64,000 nucleotides of DNA from Cyanophora paradoxa CCMP329 (Eukaryota; Plantae; Glaucophyta): the NCBI GenBank assembly GCA_004431415.1, contig QPMI01000195.1, positions 62,001 to 126,000 of the forward strand, written 5' to 3'. This document shows, piece by piece, positions 1 to 13,389 of the stretch. The notes beneath the pieces were generated by a model. It did no database searches, was not told where the DNA came from, and was given only the letters and a program-made list of their open reading frames with translations. Position 1 is the stretch's first letter; each line of letters begins with the position of its first letter. The translations under genes and the position numbers were made by a program.

Positions 1-225
1 GGCTCGTTCCCGGCAGACCGAGAGCGGCGTGTCTCCGGCCCGTAGCCGGAAGACGGAGGGAACCTCGCCTGCCCGCCGCGGCCGCCCCTCGCAGTCCCCG
101 GCCCGCTCTGTCTCCCGGGGCCGCTCTGCTCCCAAGCCGTCCGAGCCCGTGAATACGCCGGCCCCGGGCCTGATCTTCGACCAGGTCAGTGGCATCGATA
201 GCTAAGTGCCCGCCTCCAGCCGCCA

Positions 226-2069
226 TTGACATCGCGGCAGGTCCGCTACAACCGCGATTCGGTCGCGCCGGAGGCGCCCGCGCCCGCCCGACGCAGCAGC
301 ACCGGCCGCAAGTCCGCCGCCGCCGCCGCCGCCGAGGAGGAGTCCGAGGCGGCCGCCTCGGGCGGGTCGGCCTTCGACCCCATTTTCTTCGTGAAGGCGT
401 TCGTCGCGTGCATCGTCCTCGCCGTGGCCGCTGTCCTGATCTACCACCTCGCGCCCGGCATGCCCAAGCCCTGGTGCAACGCCTCGCTCAAGAGTGCGAC
501 CGCCCGGGCCGCCGCCCTCGCCCGCCGCTTGCGCTGTCGTGACCTCGCCGCAGGCAAGGACTGCCGCCCGTGCCCCGCGCACGCCAAGTGCACTAACGTC
601 ACCTTCACCTGCGAGAGGCGCGCCGCGGCGACCCGCCCAGCTCTGCGCTGCTCTGCTCTGCTCCGCGCACCCTGACGCTGCCGGCAGCGGCTACGTCCGC
701 AAGCGGGACTCGTGCATCGAGGACCAGGAGATCAGCGGCGCCGCTTACCACCTCGTCACCAGCATGCAGTCCATCCTCTCGTGAGCGCGCCGCGCCCACA
801 GGACATGCGCGCCCGCCGCCCGCCCGCCCGCCGACACCGCCCTACGCCGCGCCGCGCCGCAGGGCGCACGCCGGCAAGTTCAAGTGCAAGCTGGCGAAGA
901 ACGAGGGTATGACCGCCGCCGAGCTGAACGCCGCCCTTGCCGCCCGCGGCGACGACAAGCACCCCAAGTTCAAGGACGTGCGCGCCCGGCGTCCTCTTCC
1001 GTGCCTCTCGTTTCGCGGCTTCCTGCGTGCCTGATCGTGGGCCTCCTCCCGCTAGATCCTGGAGAAGGCGAAGAAGGTCATCAAGGAGTCTTCGGAGCAC
1101 GACATCGTCATCTCCGGCAAGGCTTCGGTGCGCGCGCCTGCACTGCAGCGACGCTCCGCTCCGACGCCGCCCGCGGTGCCCGGCCCGGCCTCACGCGGCC
1201 GGCCCCGGGGGGAGCAGGACGACACGCTCAAGTTCACGTCGACGCGCCCGCGCAAGCCGGTCGCCTGCGTCATCCGCGAGTTCCTCCACGCGAACCGGTG
1301 CCGCCCGCTCGCCTCTCTTCCGAACTCCTCCGCCCTGGCTCACGCCGGGCGCAGCAACGAGGTCGGGGGGACCATCGGCGCCGCCCTTCTCTTCGCCGCC
1401 GTCCTCGCCGTCGTGCTCTCGCGCTCCGCCCGCTCCGCCGAGGTGCGAGCGAGGGCAGCCTTGCCGGCGGGCGCGCCTCCGGGGTCGCGTCTCACGTTGG
1501 GGGGGCGGGTAGGTCGCCGCCGCGCACAAGAAGGCCCTCGCCGAGCTCTACAAGCTCAGCCAGCGCAAGGAGGTGCGCGCGCGCGCGTGCACTGCTCGCC
1601 GGCCGGCCGGCAACTCACGGCGTCTCACGCCCCCGCAGGCCGACGGCTCCAGCGGCGCCATCGAGGCGGCCCACCTTCGCGACCAGATCTTCGAGTCCGC
1701 TGCGGCCAAGTCCCGCTCGTGGGCCCGCGTGCGCCCCGCCCTCTCTTCTTCTTCTTCTTCGCGCCGCGCCCGTCCGACGCGCCGCCGGCAGGTCGCTGAC
1801 GCCCTCCGCTACGACTCTCGGGTCCGTCCGAGCGCTGCGACTCGTTTCTCGCGCGAGGCCCGTCCCCTGAGTCGAGCGTGCGTGCGCACGTACGTACCCC
1901 GCAGGTGCGCGAGGCGGTCGAGCGCCGCCGCGGCGCCGAGGTCACCATCTTCGAGTGGAACTCCTCCAGTGCGCCACGTTGAAGGCTTTTCTTGTGAATG
2001 TCGCCGTTGTCTGTGACTGAGGCGGGCATCTCTTCCGCAGCCGCGCCCCGCGCCGACGAGCTCTCGTGA
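226..2069 (+). CDS. Spliced inner nuclear membrane protein, Man1/Src1/LEM2-like C-terminal (MSC) region; 5' end probably upstream of the window
   Basis: TM helix (FVKAFVACIVLAVAAVLIY); Cys-rich lumenal motif CRPCPAHAKC..C.. then, after an intron, SGYVRKRDSCIED; second TM (IGAALLFAAVLAVVL); winged-helix-like tail HLRDQIF..RSWARV..LRYDSR..VTIFEW; short GT-AG introns. Confidence 0.6.
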
Positions 2070-2594
2070 GCGCAGCGCCCGTGAAGGCCGCCGCTCTAGG
2101 CTGGTGTAGCTGTAGGATTCCCCTCCCCCCAACTTTGATTTTCCCTGCGAGGCGCGGCCAGCTCCCTGCCGGCCGCCGTCGAACGTCCCTCACGCAGTCT
2201 CGTTTGCGCTTTGCAGTGTGCCAAGTTGCTTAGTTGCTAGGTGCTCGACGGGTAGGCGGGCGAGCGCGGCCGGGCGCGCCCGTGTTTCCGTCGCAATGAA
2301 ATTAGTGCGCATGTTTCATGACTGCAACACAAGCTCCGGACACGACGCACCGGGGGGAGCTACGGCTAAAACATACAAAGTAAAGATCGATCGATGCATA
2401 TGCTTGTCGTGATCATGACATGCACTAGCACTGGCTACGGAGTGAATTCGAATTCGAAATCGATATCTGGATCCCGAATGAAATGGCCGGAATGATTGGC
2501 TTCACGCTCGAGCTCAGCTGCACCTATCAGAGTAGAACCCTGCCTGTTTGCGCTAGCCTGACTGCTGCATGCCTGCCTGCTCGAGCTCCTAGAC

Positions 2595-5500
2595 CTAGAG
2601 GGGGGCCCCTGCGGCGTGGGAGAGGCGGGCGTGGAGCGAGTAGGCGTCGAGGTCGGCCCCGACGGTCAGGTTGAAGCAGGCGGCGCGGAAGGCCTCCGAG
2701 GCGGGCGCCCACGCGGAAAGGAGCGCGCGGAGCAGCGCGGCGCGGGCCTCGAGCCACTCCTCCAGTGGCCCCGGGCCCAGCAGCGAGCCGGCGGAGAGCG
2801 CGTGCGCCGTCGCCGCCGCGTGCTCCAGCGACGCGGACCAGCGCTCGCGGTCCAGCCGCCCCGCCGAGTTGGCCACGCCGGCGCGCCCGATCTCCTCGCC
2901 CAGGGACCGCAGCGCCGCGTAGAGGCGGGCCGCCTCGGCCGCCGTCGCGCCGAGCCGCACGACCCGCGGGCGCGAGTTGCGGGCGGGCGCCACGACGCGG
3001 CCCATCTTGGTCGTCACGGCGACGGTCAGCGAGGCGCCGTGGTTCCGCAGCGCGGCGTCGGCGGCCGCGCGGGGCACGGCGCAGTAGCCCGAGAGGATGC
3101 CCGAGCCGCAGAGCGGGACGCCGCAGAGGAGCGTTTCGACTCCGTCCACGCGGGCGTGCACCTGCGCGCGGTGCGCGGCGCGGCGCGGCGCGGCGCGGCT
3201 CGGGTCAGAGGCGGGAAGCCCGTCCGGCCCGCCCGCCCGGGACTTCTCCGCTCGCTCGCACCTGAGCAATGTACTCGGAGGTCCCGCCGGCGATGGCGCC
3301 GGCGAGCGTCTCGAGCGCCGCCGCCGTGCCCTGCAGCGCCGCCGCCCCGTCAGCTGGGCCCGCGCGCGCGCGCACTAGAAGCCAGGTGCTATGCAAGCTA
3401 GGCGCGGGCGCTACTACAGCTAGCTGGCTACAGCCGGCCGGCCCGGCGGCGCGCGCGGCGCAGGGAATGCACCTCGACGTGGGACGGGTCGCACGCGACG
3501 GACCCGCCGGGCTCGTCCGCCAGCGACTCATAGAGAACCTGCGGCCGATCACATTCCGCGCGAGCGCCAGGAAAGCGCTCGCGATGGCGCTGTTGGCTAG
3601 CTAGGATCTGTACGCGACGGGCCAGGGCGCCGGAGCTAGCTCTAGGCCGCCGAGCGCGCGCCGTTCTAGGCGAAGTCTACCAGGCCGGGCGCCGGCAAGC
3701 ATAACTTGAAGTTCGGACAATTCTCACAAGTGGCGGTGGCCGAGTGGTTAAGGCGATTGACTAGAAATCAATTGGGATTTCCCGCGCAGGTTCGAATCCT
3801 GCCCGCCACGGTTTTTCCCTTGGAGCGGGTACTAGGCGCGGGTACACCAGGGCTAGTGGTTCCGATTGTCCTCAAGTGGCGGTGGCCGAGTGGTTAAGGC
3901 GATTGACTAGAAATCAATTGGGATTTCCCGCGCAGGTTCGAATCCTGCCCGCCACGCTTTTGCGGCCTCTATCCCCGGCGGCCGCCCTTAATGGTTCGGG
4001 TGGGGCTTCTATCCCCGACGGTCGCACTTATCGCCGGTGGCGCTAGCGACGGTTTTGGCCGCCCGCTAGCACGCCCCGCGTCCTATAGCTAGCTTTCGGC
4101 AGCTCTCGCTAGCGCGCTCGCACCTCGGCTATCTCGGAGTCGAAGCGCGGGCCGACGCCGACCAGGTGTGCGCTCGTCCGCGCCGCCCCGCACGCCGTCG
4201 CGACCGTCTGAAGGCTCCGCACCATCTCCGCGACAGACTGCCTGTTGTGCCGGAGCTTCTTGCACGCGTGCTCGCTGCTCGTTCGTTCGCCCGCGCCCGC
4301 GTGAGCAGAACGAGCGCGAAGCGCGGGATCGGCGGCACGCGCCCGTAGAAGCAGGTGACGTAGGAGAGCTCCCACTGCCCCTTCCCGCCGAGCGCCTCCG
4401 CCTCCTCGTCCACCGCGGCGCGCATCGCGTTCTGCAGGTGCAGCGCGAGCTCGAAGAAGCACGGGCCGTCCCCGCCCGGCCCGTTCCGAATGAACTCCTC
4501 CGGCACCATCTGCGGCGAGCCGCCGACGCGTCAGAAGGGCGAGCGCGCCGCGCGCCGCGCCGCGCCGCTCCGCTCGGCTCGGCACCGTGGAGAGCTCGGC
4601 GATGAGGTCCTCAGCCTTTGCGTAGCGGCCCATGCTGAAGGGCTGCGGCCCCGCCGGCGACCCGAAGACGATGACGCGCGCCCGCACGTGCGGCGCCGCG
4701 TAGAGCTTGCGGATGGCGGGCCCGAGCGCGTCCCGCAGGCCGGCCCACGCGCCCGCCTCCGAGGTCGAGCACTCGAGGACGAGGAGGACGAGGCGGCGGG
4801 GCGGGGCGCCCGGCGGCCGCCTCAGCCAGCGCACGGCGACCAGCGCCGCGTCGTCCTCGGCCACGCCCCACTCTTCGGCGGCCGCCGGGTCGGCCCCGGG
4901 CTCGGGCAGCACGACCGTCGTCGCCAGCGCCGTCTCGAAGGCCGTCCGCTCGCCCGCCGCGCACCGGAAGCCCCGCGCCTTCCCGATCGGCGCGCCTGCC
5001 GCGCCGGCTCAAAGAAGCAGAGCGGAGCAGAGCATAGCGGGGCGGGGCGGACCGTCGACGGAGACGAGGGCCGTGTAGCTGCCGGGCGCCGCGGGGCGCG
5101 CCTCGACGAGGTAGAAGCCGCCGCCCTGGTGCGCGATGCTGCCGGGGGGAAGGATGGGCAAGGTCAGGAGAGAGAGGAGGGGGGGGCGAAGGCGAGGCGA
5201 GGCGAGGCGAGGCGAGGCGCCCGCTCGCTCGCCTGGGCCACACGCATCCGACGTCGGGGCCCCGTATCTCGAGCCAGACGCGCGCCTCGTCCTGCGGAGG
5301 AAGGCGGAGCAAGCAGCCCGGGATCAAATCAAAGAGGAGAAGACGAAATGATCGGACAAGGAAGGGCCGCGCACGCCGCCGGCAGAGCGGTGGTTCCCGT
5401 ATACGTCCCGAAGCGCGACGACTGCGGCGAAAGCCTCCCCGGGCTGCAGGACGCACTCCGCCTCCACTGCCGGGGCCAGAGTTAAAAAAAGAGGCGGGGG

Positions 5501-8500
5501 GGGGGAGAAGAGGTAGGCTTCGCGCAACCCGTCTGGGGGAGCCACTCCTCGACAGAGCAGCGGTGCACGTCGATCTCGGCGGGGAGGACGGAGAGCTGCG
5601 TGGGGCGGTCCCCCACCGAGCCCGAGAGCGTCTGCAGGAAAAGTATAAGAGTGGGGGAAGGTAGAAGGGGAGGAAGGGGGCGCGGCACCTCGCCGGAGAC
5701 GTCGTACATGCCGGCGGCGGTGATGGGGGGTACGACGGCGCGGTAGACGCCCCGGCCCAGCGGCTCGGCGGGTACCCGGACCTCGCCGGCGCAGCCGACG
5801 GGCTTGCCGGCCGGCCGCACGGAGAGGGAGAGGGACGACGCGTCGTCCGAGTCCGAACGAACGTTCCCCCACGCGTCCCGCGCAGTCACGAGTGCCTCGA
5901 AGCCGCCGCCGGCCGCGAGCGCGTGCACGCCGCCCGCCCGGACCGGCAGGTCCACGCTCAGCAGCGATCCCGGGCCGTCCAGGGGCGCATTGATCACCAC
6001 CATCTGGGGGGTACGCTGAGGACGGCGGGGTAGGGGGGCGAAGGGTGGGGGGAAGTCTGCGAACCTGGAAGGGGCAACCGGGTACGCGCCCCGTCGAATC
6101 GCGAAACACGAAGTCCACGGTGTAGATCCCCGCCACGGGTACCCCCAGCCGGACCTGCGGGGGGGAGAGGGGATGAGCGAAACGGACCCCGGTACCCCCC
6201 GCCCCGCCCCGCGGACCATGTGGACGCCCTCGACCTCCTCGGCCTGTCCGCAGGGCTCAGTGGTACGGAGAAAAGGAGGAAAAGGGGGGTACGGCACCAC
6301 GAAGGCGGAGACGGGCCCAGGGCCCTCGACGCGCGCCTCGATCTCGTCCTCGAATCCCGAGCGAACGTTTCCGGCCGCGTCGCATGCCAGGACCTGCGGC
6401 GGCGGGGCCCGGTTCAGAGCGGCTCAGAGAGGCCGTTTACGGCTCGGATTCGGAATGCTATGCTCGGCTGGGGGCGCCGGGGGGTACCGAGAAGGTCGTG
6501 GAGTCGTCCCCCCTCCCCGCCGTCGCAATGACGGGGACGCCGTCCTGCGCCGCCCGTCAGCCGTCAGCGAAGCGCGGCGGAAGAGAGGAGGGGAGAAGAG
6601 AGAGGCTGCCTTGGGCTTGTTGAAGAACATGCAGGCGGGGGGGTACAACGGCCCGATGTCGGCCTTCACCTCTGCTCCGCTTCCCGCGACCTGGCCCCGC
6701 GCCTCAGGGACCGCGGGGAGGGGGGTACGAGCGTTCGAGGTGGAGGAGGGAGGGGGGGTACCTCGACGCCGTTGACGAACGCGCGAACGAAGTACGAGCC
6801 GAAGCGGCGCGGCTCGAAGGTAGCCTCCTGCGCCCGATTGAGTGACTCGGAGTGGGGGTACGGGATTCAGGAAGAGGCGGGGGGTACAGCACCAGGACGG
6901 AGATCTCCCCGGTTACGGCCCTCGCGGGCTCGACGTAGACGTCCGCGTCCCCCGGGCCCGTCACCTTCACCTCCACCTGCGTACCCCTCTCTCAGGAAAA
7001 GAGGCGCCACGCGGATTCGAACCAGAGCGCGCGGACCTTGGGCGGGGCGTCGACGCGGACGAGGGCCATGCCGAGCTCGTCCTTGAGGTGTACCCGGGCG
7101 GGCAGGGGCGCCCCCGCCGCGCACTCGGGGGGTACCTCGAGCGCGCAGAGCCGCTCGCAGAGGTCGCCCGAGACGGCGCGGAAGGGCGTGGGCGAGCCGG
7201 CGAGGGGCTCCCCCTTGTGCCGAACCAGCACCGAGAGCTCCCCTGCGCTCAGGTGACTCAGACTAACTCTGCCTCGCCGCGCCCGGCCCGGCCCGGCTCG
7301 GAGCCGCCCGCCCGCACCGACGGCGGCCGGGGTGACGAATGCCTCAAAGAGGCCGCCGCCCCCCGCGAGCTTCTCGCCCCCGTCCGCACCCAGCTCCACC
7401 AGCTCCACCTGCAGAACGAGTGGAGAAGTCGGGGGAGGGGGAAGAAGTCAGGGGGTACGCCTGATCACCTTCCCGACGTCCTCACGGGGCTGGAGGGGCG
7501 AGGCGGCCCCCGCGCCGCCGTCGGCCCAGCCCTCGGACTGCGGCCGCGATTCGTCAGGAGAAAGCAAGCGAGCGAGATTCGATCGAAGACATTGAAAGAG
7601 GACGCACCGCGGGTCGAACCAGGACCTCGAGGTCCTCCAGATTGACGGACTGGGCGCAGGGGTTCCCGTGCGCGTCCGCCGCCACGATCCGCGCCGCCAG
7701 GCCCCGCCGCCCCTGCCGCAGATTTAGGGGATGGGGAGAGAGGAAGAGGGGGTACAGGGCCCGCATGCCTTGGAGCAACCGACTGCGTTCGCGAGGCGGC
7801 GCCAGGCGGCGGCGGCGCCGGTCAGGCCGGGGCCCGCGCCCTCCCCGCGGCCCTGCAGAACCAAGCCCTGGAAGGGGCCAGCGACCACGTTCCAGGCAAC
7901 GGGGCTCCCCTGCGGGCGCGGGATCAGCGTACCCCCCAGGGGAGGGAGGAAGGCGAGGAGGGTACCTGGATGTCCGGGAGCTCGTCGACACGGCGGACGG
8001 GGGGGCGGACCCGCCGCTGCGAGCCGAGGCGGGAGGCGGCGGTACCCCTCCGGACCGTGACGACGGACCCGGCGGTCCCCGGGGGCCCGGAGGCGGTACC
8101 CGGGGGACCCGAGGCGGTACCCGGGGGCCCGGCGGCTGTGCTCGGCGGACCGGCGGCAGAGCCGGGCGGCCCGGCGGCGGCCGGGGAGGCGGGCGTAGCT
8201 GAGCCCGGGGCGGCGGCGGCGGCCCCCTCGGGCGCCTGTACGGCGCCCAAGTCCACAGCGATGCGGACGCGGTACATGCCGGCGGCAGTGGGGACGAAGC
8301 TCGCAACGAGACCGCCGCCGCCCGCCGGGTCCGGACCCAGCTGCCCGTCCGCCCCGCCGCGGATTCGGCCAAGGGGCGCGGGGCGGGGGTACGGGTACAG
8401 CGCACCGTGACGACCGGGAGCTCGGCGATGCGCGCGGCGCCGGAGAGGGGTAGGACGGCGGTGCGGAGGAGGCCCGCCGGTACCCCCGCCGCCGTGACTC

Positions 8501-10933
8501 GGTTCCCGAAGCGGTCGCGGAGGCCTGGGTTCCAGTCAGGGAGGGGCGATTTCGGTTAATGGAACCCGGGGCGAACCGATGCGGATGGTGCAGGGCTCCC
8601 CCGCGACGCTCTGCCCCGCGCCGCTCGCCGGGCCCTCCACGCACGTGAGCTCGGGAGACGGTACCCCTGTTCGTTTTTTTCAGAGCTGAGATACGAGGGG
8701 GAGGGGGGGGGAAGGAGAAGAGGGGGCACCCGCGACAACGGTGAGGGGTACAGAGTTGGGCACGTAGGCGCCGCCCAGCGTGGCGTGTACGCGCATCGGG
8801 CCCGACCTCTCAAATCTGAGGCGGAGCTTAGATGGCGGAGGCGAGCGGGTACAGCTCGGAGCTTCGTGCGCACTTGCACGCGAGGACGACCTCGCCGCCC
8901 TTGCCCGGCTTGACGGACCCGTTAGGATTCGAACCCTCGACCCACGAGTCGAGGAGCCGCTCCTCCGCCCCCGTGTCCTCCCCCCTGTGCGCCGCCTTGC
9001 CGCCGGCCTTTGCGCCTTCGGATTCCTGGCGCGTAGTCTGCCGGGCTGAGTTAGGCGGGTGGGAAAGATAGAAGGGGAGTGGAAAAGCGGGGGTACGCCA
9101 CAGCCGCACCGCGAGGGCCTGGGCGACGGCCTTCATTCCGGTACCCCCGATTGACACGCGGCCGGGGCGGGGTACTTCCTCCTCCTCCTCCTTCTCCGGC
9201 TTGGGCTCGTCCGGGGGCGGGGAGACGGCGAGGGGCGGGGGCGAGGACTTGGCGAGGACGGAGCGGGCGAGGGCGCCCGGCCAGACGTTGATGCCCACCG
9301 TCAGGAGCCGCAGCGAGGCGGCCGGCACGGGCGCCACGCATGGGTTGCCGTACTGTGCGTACCCGGGCGGTCGGAGGGGGGAAGAGAAGGGAGGGGGGGT
9401 ACGGCGCACCTTGTCGCGCAGGAGGACGGAGACCTTGAAGGAGTCCCCGGCGTTGATCTGGGAGTCGGACGGGGGTACGACGGTCGCGCAGTGGGGGGCG
9501 GAGGGCACGCCGGGGGCCACGGTGACGGAGAAGGGGCTGCCCTTGAGGCCCCGGGGGGCGCCGCCGCCCTCCGGGGCGAGCCGAACGAAGACGGCGTACT
9601 CCCCCGCCCTGCTCGCCGAGAAGAAGAGGCGGTAGCGGTTCGCGCCGATGTGCTCGCAGCGGCAGGCGGCGGACTTGGCCGCCGCGGCGCGCTCGGCCGG
9701 CGGGAGCGAGGAGGAGGGCGCCACGTCGACGGAGAGGCGGGCCGCGTCGCGCCCGTCCGCGTAGGCGCGCGGGTTGCCCTGGACGTCGAACAGCGACGCC
9801 TGCGAGCCGGGCGGAGGCGTGAGGCGCCCGCGCGTGCTCAGAGGCCGCTCGGCGCGCACGACGACGCTGATGGCCTCGCCGGCGGTCGTGCGGATCGACT
9901 CGTCGTCGGGGGCGTCGACCGAGCAGCGGGAGATGTCGAGCGCGTCGGGAACCACCGTCCACATGACCTTGGAGCCCTCCGCCTCGTCCCCGTCCAGCCA
10001 CACGCGCGCCACGTACCGGCCGGGCCGCTGCGCGCGCGCGGGGGAGCCGCGGTCAGCCGGGGCGCTCCGTCGGCCGCGCGCTTCCCCTGCGCGGCCGCTC
10101 GCCTCGGGGACCCAGGAGAGCTCGAAGGACCCGTCCCCGCGCGGCACGACCTCCGCGTTCAGCAGCTGGCCCTGGCCCCGCGGCACTTCGAGCATGTCCA
10201 GAGTCGCTTTGACGCTCTCGCTCGCGTCCATGTTCGCCGCCGTCCAGTTGGGGTTCGTGATGACCATGGAGATGCGCTCGCGCACGACCGTCTCGTGCTT
10301 CTCGTGGCGCGGGTCCACCCTCAGAGTCGTTGACACTGCGGTCGCGCGGTGAGCGGCGAGCGCGAGGCGCAGGCGCCGGGGCACTGCGTATGCAGAAGCT
10401 CACTCGTCCCCCTGCCCTCTGCCGTCTGCAGGATTGTCTTGTACTGCAGGCGCGCGCTCGAGGCTTAGCTAAGGATGGCGCGGCGAGCGCTTCGCGGCGG
10501 GCGGCCGCGGGGGCTTCATGGTGAGCCCACCTTCAACGATGGGTCGCTGACAATCGACTGCGCTACAACTGACATCTTCTTGCCGATAAGCTGCCCCGCG
10601 GAAGCCGTGCGACTCAGGATTCCGGCTGAGGGCGGCTTCGCCTGGGCCGGGGCCGCTTTCGGCGTGTCCTGCACTGCCGAGCACCCCGCGCCCATCTTGC
10701 TCGCTTGTAGCTAGCAGGCGACCAAAAAGTCGGTTGGCTTGGAGCTGAGCGACTTGAGCTTGGGCCAATTTGCAACAGGCCTGGGAGATCAAATTTGCAC
10801 GGTCGACGTCGACGCCAGCAGGCCTATTCCGGCCGCGAGCTCCTTGCCTTGCGAGCTGCACTTGACTGACGCCCCGCTCGCTCCCCGAGCAGAGGTCCGC
10901 GTGCGCTGGCCGCACTGCGCTTTCAGGCCCCAT
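2595..10933 (-). CDS. Large multi-exon protein with filamin/ABP280-type Ig repeats and a C-terminal vWA-like domain; both ends uncertain
   Basis: Recurrent filamin motifs: GSFELSWVPE..GRYVARVWLDG, D.SRC.V, RD.YGNP, YRLFFSASRAGEYAVFVRL..LKGSPFSVTV. vWA-like LVLLVLECSTS...VIVFGS...HLVGVG at ~4.1-4.9 kb. Joining to the 2.6-3.6 kb exons is inferred. Confidence 0.55.
3730..3810 (+). tRNA. tRNA-Ser (AGA)
   Basis: Acceptor GTGGCGG/CCGCCAC+G, D-loop GAGTGGTTAAG, anticodon loop CT-AGA-AA, long variable arm, GGTTCGAATCC, downstream T-run. Confidence 0.95.
3876..3956 (+). tRNA. tRNA-Ser (AGA), identical second copy
   Basis: Same sequence as 3730-3810, followed by a T-run Pol III terminator. Confidence 0.95.
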
Positions 10934-11017
10934 GCAGGCGCGCGAGAGGACTGCATTGAACTTCGAATTCGCCGAAAGAACTCGCTACATGGAAAGCTCT
11001 ACTATGGCCGCTGCTCC

Positions 11018-13196
11018 TCACGCGGGCCCGCCGCCCTGCCCGTCCTCGGGCTCCTGGCTCACCAGATTCTCCCGGTTGTCGTACATCCAGAAGCCCTGCG
11101 CCGGCGCCCGCTCAGCGCATGGCTAAGCGGGCGGGATCGGCTGTTCGGACCATCCAGTCGATGAGCATAGAGACGATGGTGTCGCCCACGCGGCACGTCA
11201 TCAGATCCTCCAGCGTGATGTGCAGCGGATGCGCCGGCTTGATCATGTCGAATATCTCGTCCTGGCCAGGGTCGATCAGACGGAATCCGGTACCCGGCTC
11301 GTGGAGGGGGGGTACCTTGACGTCCTCCACGGAGACCGGGTCGTGGTTGTTCTCCCGCATGCAGCGAATCACGTCCTGCGCCGGCGCTCGGCGGGGTACG
11401 GCGCGACGGAGGGCGCCCAGAAAACGCGTACCCTGAAGAAGTAGTTGACGTTGAAGATGGTGAGGTACCCCAGCTTCCGGACCTGCGGAGGTACGTGGAT
11501 TGGGGTCCCCGGCGCGAGCCGGGGGTACGCGCACGTCCAGGATGCGGAAGAAGTAGCGCAGGGCCTGCGGCGACTTCTTGTTCTCCATCGCGAGCACGAA
11601 GTTCAGGAACGTCTTGTAGTCCTGGGCGGGTACGTAGTTTCAGCGTTCGAATCTCACGGAGAACTGAAACGACCCGCGCGCCATTTCGCCGTCGTACGTG
11701 TTGAACTCGTCAAAGACGCGCTGCGGGGGGGGTACGCGATCAGGGGATCGCGCCGCGAGGGGTGGGGGCCGGAGCCCTGCAGGCGACGGGGGGCGCGCTC
11801 GCCTGGACGAACGCCGGCGTGAGGGTGCCCTGCCCGTACCGCGCCAGCTCGCGCTGGCTCAGCAGCCCGTTGTGGTCCTCGTCCAGCGCCAGGTACTGCT
11901 CTGCTCGCATCGCGCCCCCGGCCGCTCTGTCGGGAAGGGCCGGCGAAGGGCGGGAGGGAGAGGGGGTACCGTAGACGCGGAGGGCGGACTGGGCGGAGAA
12001 CCAGTTCGCGGCGGCCTCCTCCTCGCTCATGTGCTCCTGCGCGGGGCGTCGGGGGCGGATCGGAGGGCGGGCGGGCGGGCGGGCGGGCGGGGCGGCGGGG
12101 CTCGCCTGCCGCAGCTCGAAGAGCTCTGCTAGGATCGGGCTGAACAGGAGCGTCTTGATCTTGATGTGGCCCTTGCGCATCGGGTCCAAGAAGAAGAAGA
12201 ACTTGCGGACGGCGGTGCAGACGTAGAAGGGGTAGAAGATCTCCTCCAGGCTGCTCAGCTGGGGCAGGCTCGGGATCAGCTCGAAGATGTAGTTCTCCAT
12301 GTCCTGTTCGCCGGCTCAGCTCGCGCGGCGGCGAGCGGCGCCCGCGCCCGCGCCATTCCCGGACCTGTTCCCGCAGGTAGCCATACCCCGCCGAGTCGTA
12401 GAAGCTGAGGCATATCCTAGTCTGGCTGAGCGAAACTGCGCAAGGCGAACGCACGGTGAGCGCGCGGTGGAGCTGCGTTCGGGCCCCGCGGGCCGCGCCG
12501 GCGCCGCGCACCTGTCCGCATGACGTAGTTGAAGAGCGACATGATGGGGATGCGCCCGAGCTCGTCGCGCTCGAAGCGCATGAAGACTTTGGCCGTGAAT
12601 ATGTCCGCGCACTTCGGGCCCATCTCCTTGCCCACCTTCAGGAAGCCCTCGTAGTTTATCTGCGCGCGCACGCGTCAAGTTGCCGCTCCCTCGCGCACGG
12701 CGACCCCGCCGCGCCGCACCCTCTCCTGGATCTCCGGAGGCGCAACATTTGCCTTCAGGAGGTAGTACAGGTTCTCCAGCTCCTCCTGGTCCAGCAGCTC
12801 CTTGCTCTTCCGCTGCAGGAACCTGTTCTTGACCTCCTTGCGGAACTGCATCTGCAGCTCGGACTTTCCAGGGTTCTTCTGCGCTCGCCCGGCATCGTGA
12901 GGCTTAGCTACGCGCGCCGATCGGGTTCCCCCGCCGCTCGGATCGGCGCGGCGGACCTTGAAGAAGAAGCGTGGGATGGCGGCCAGCGTCGGGTCCTTCT
13001 CCGTCTGCCTCGCCTTCATCTTCTCGAAGATCTTCCGTATGTTTGTTTCCACCTCTGCATCTGCGGTTGGCCACGCGTGAGCTGCGGCAGACCGACCCCG
13101 GTCGAACGTTTCACCTGCTTCCGCCGCGCTAGGCGGAGGCTTTGCTTTCCTCCGCACGTACTGCCGCAGTATGTCCACCGGCCCAGCGTCTGCCAT
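11018..13196 (-). CDS. PPP2R3C: PP2A regulatory subunit B'' gamma (EF-hand), multi-exon
   Basis: Exons IPRFFFK, FRKEVKNRFLQRKSKELLD, FYVCTAVRKFFFFLDP, NWFSAQSALRVY, YLALDEDHNGLLS, MENKKSPQALRYFFRILD, DEIFDMIKP, and terminal GFWMYDNRE..GPA* (stop 11018-11020). Confidence 0.85.
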
Positions 13197-13389
13197 CTCT
13201 CTTCGCCGTTCGCTTCAAATTCCTTGGGTACGAGTGTCACGCCCGGGTACGCGTGAAACGCCTAGAACAGAGCAGCTTCGCATCGGGCTGGTGGAGCAAG
13301 GAGCGCACAAAGACACGCACATCCAGGTATAGGATCGTTAGCTACAGCTCTGGGGCGCTGAGGCGGGCCGCCCAGCGGAAGGCGGCGAA

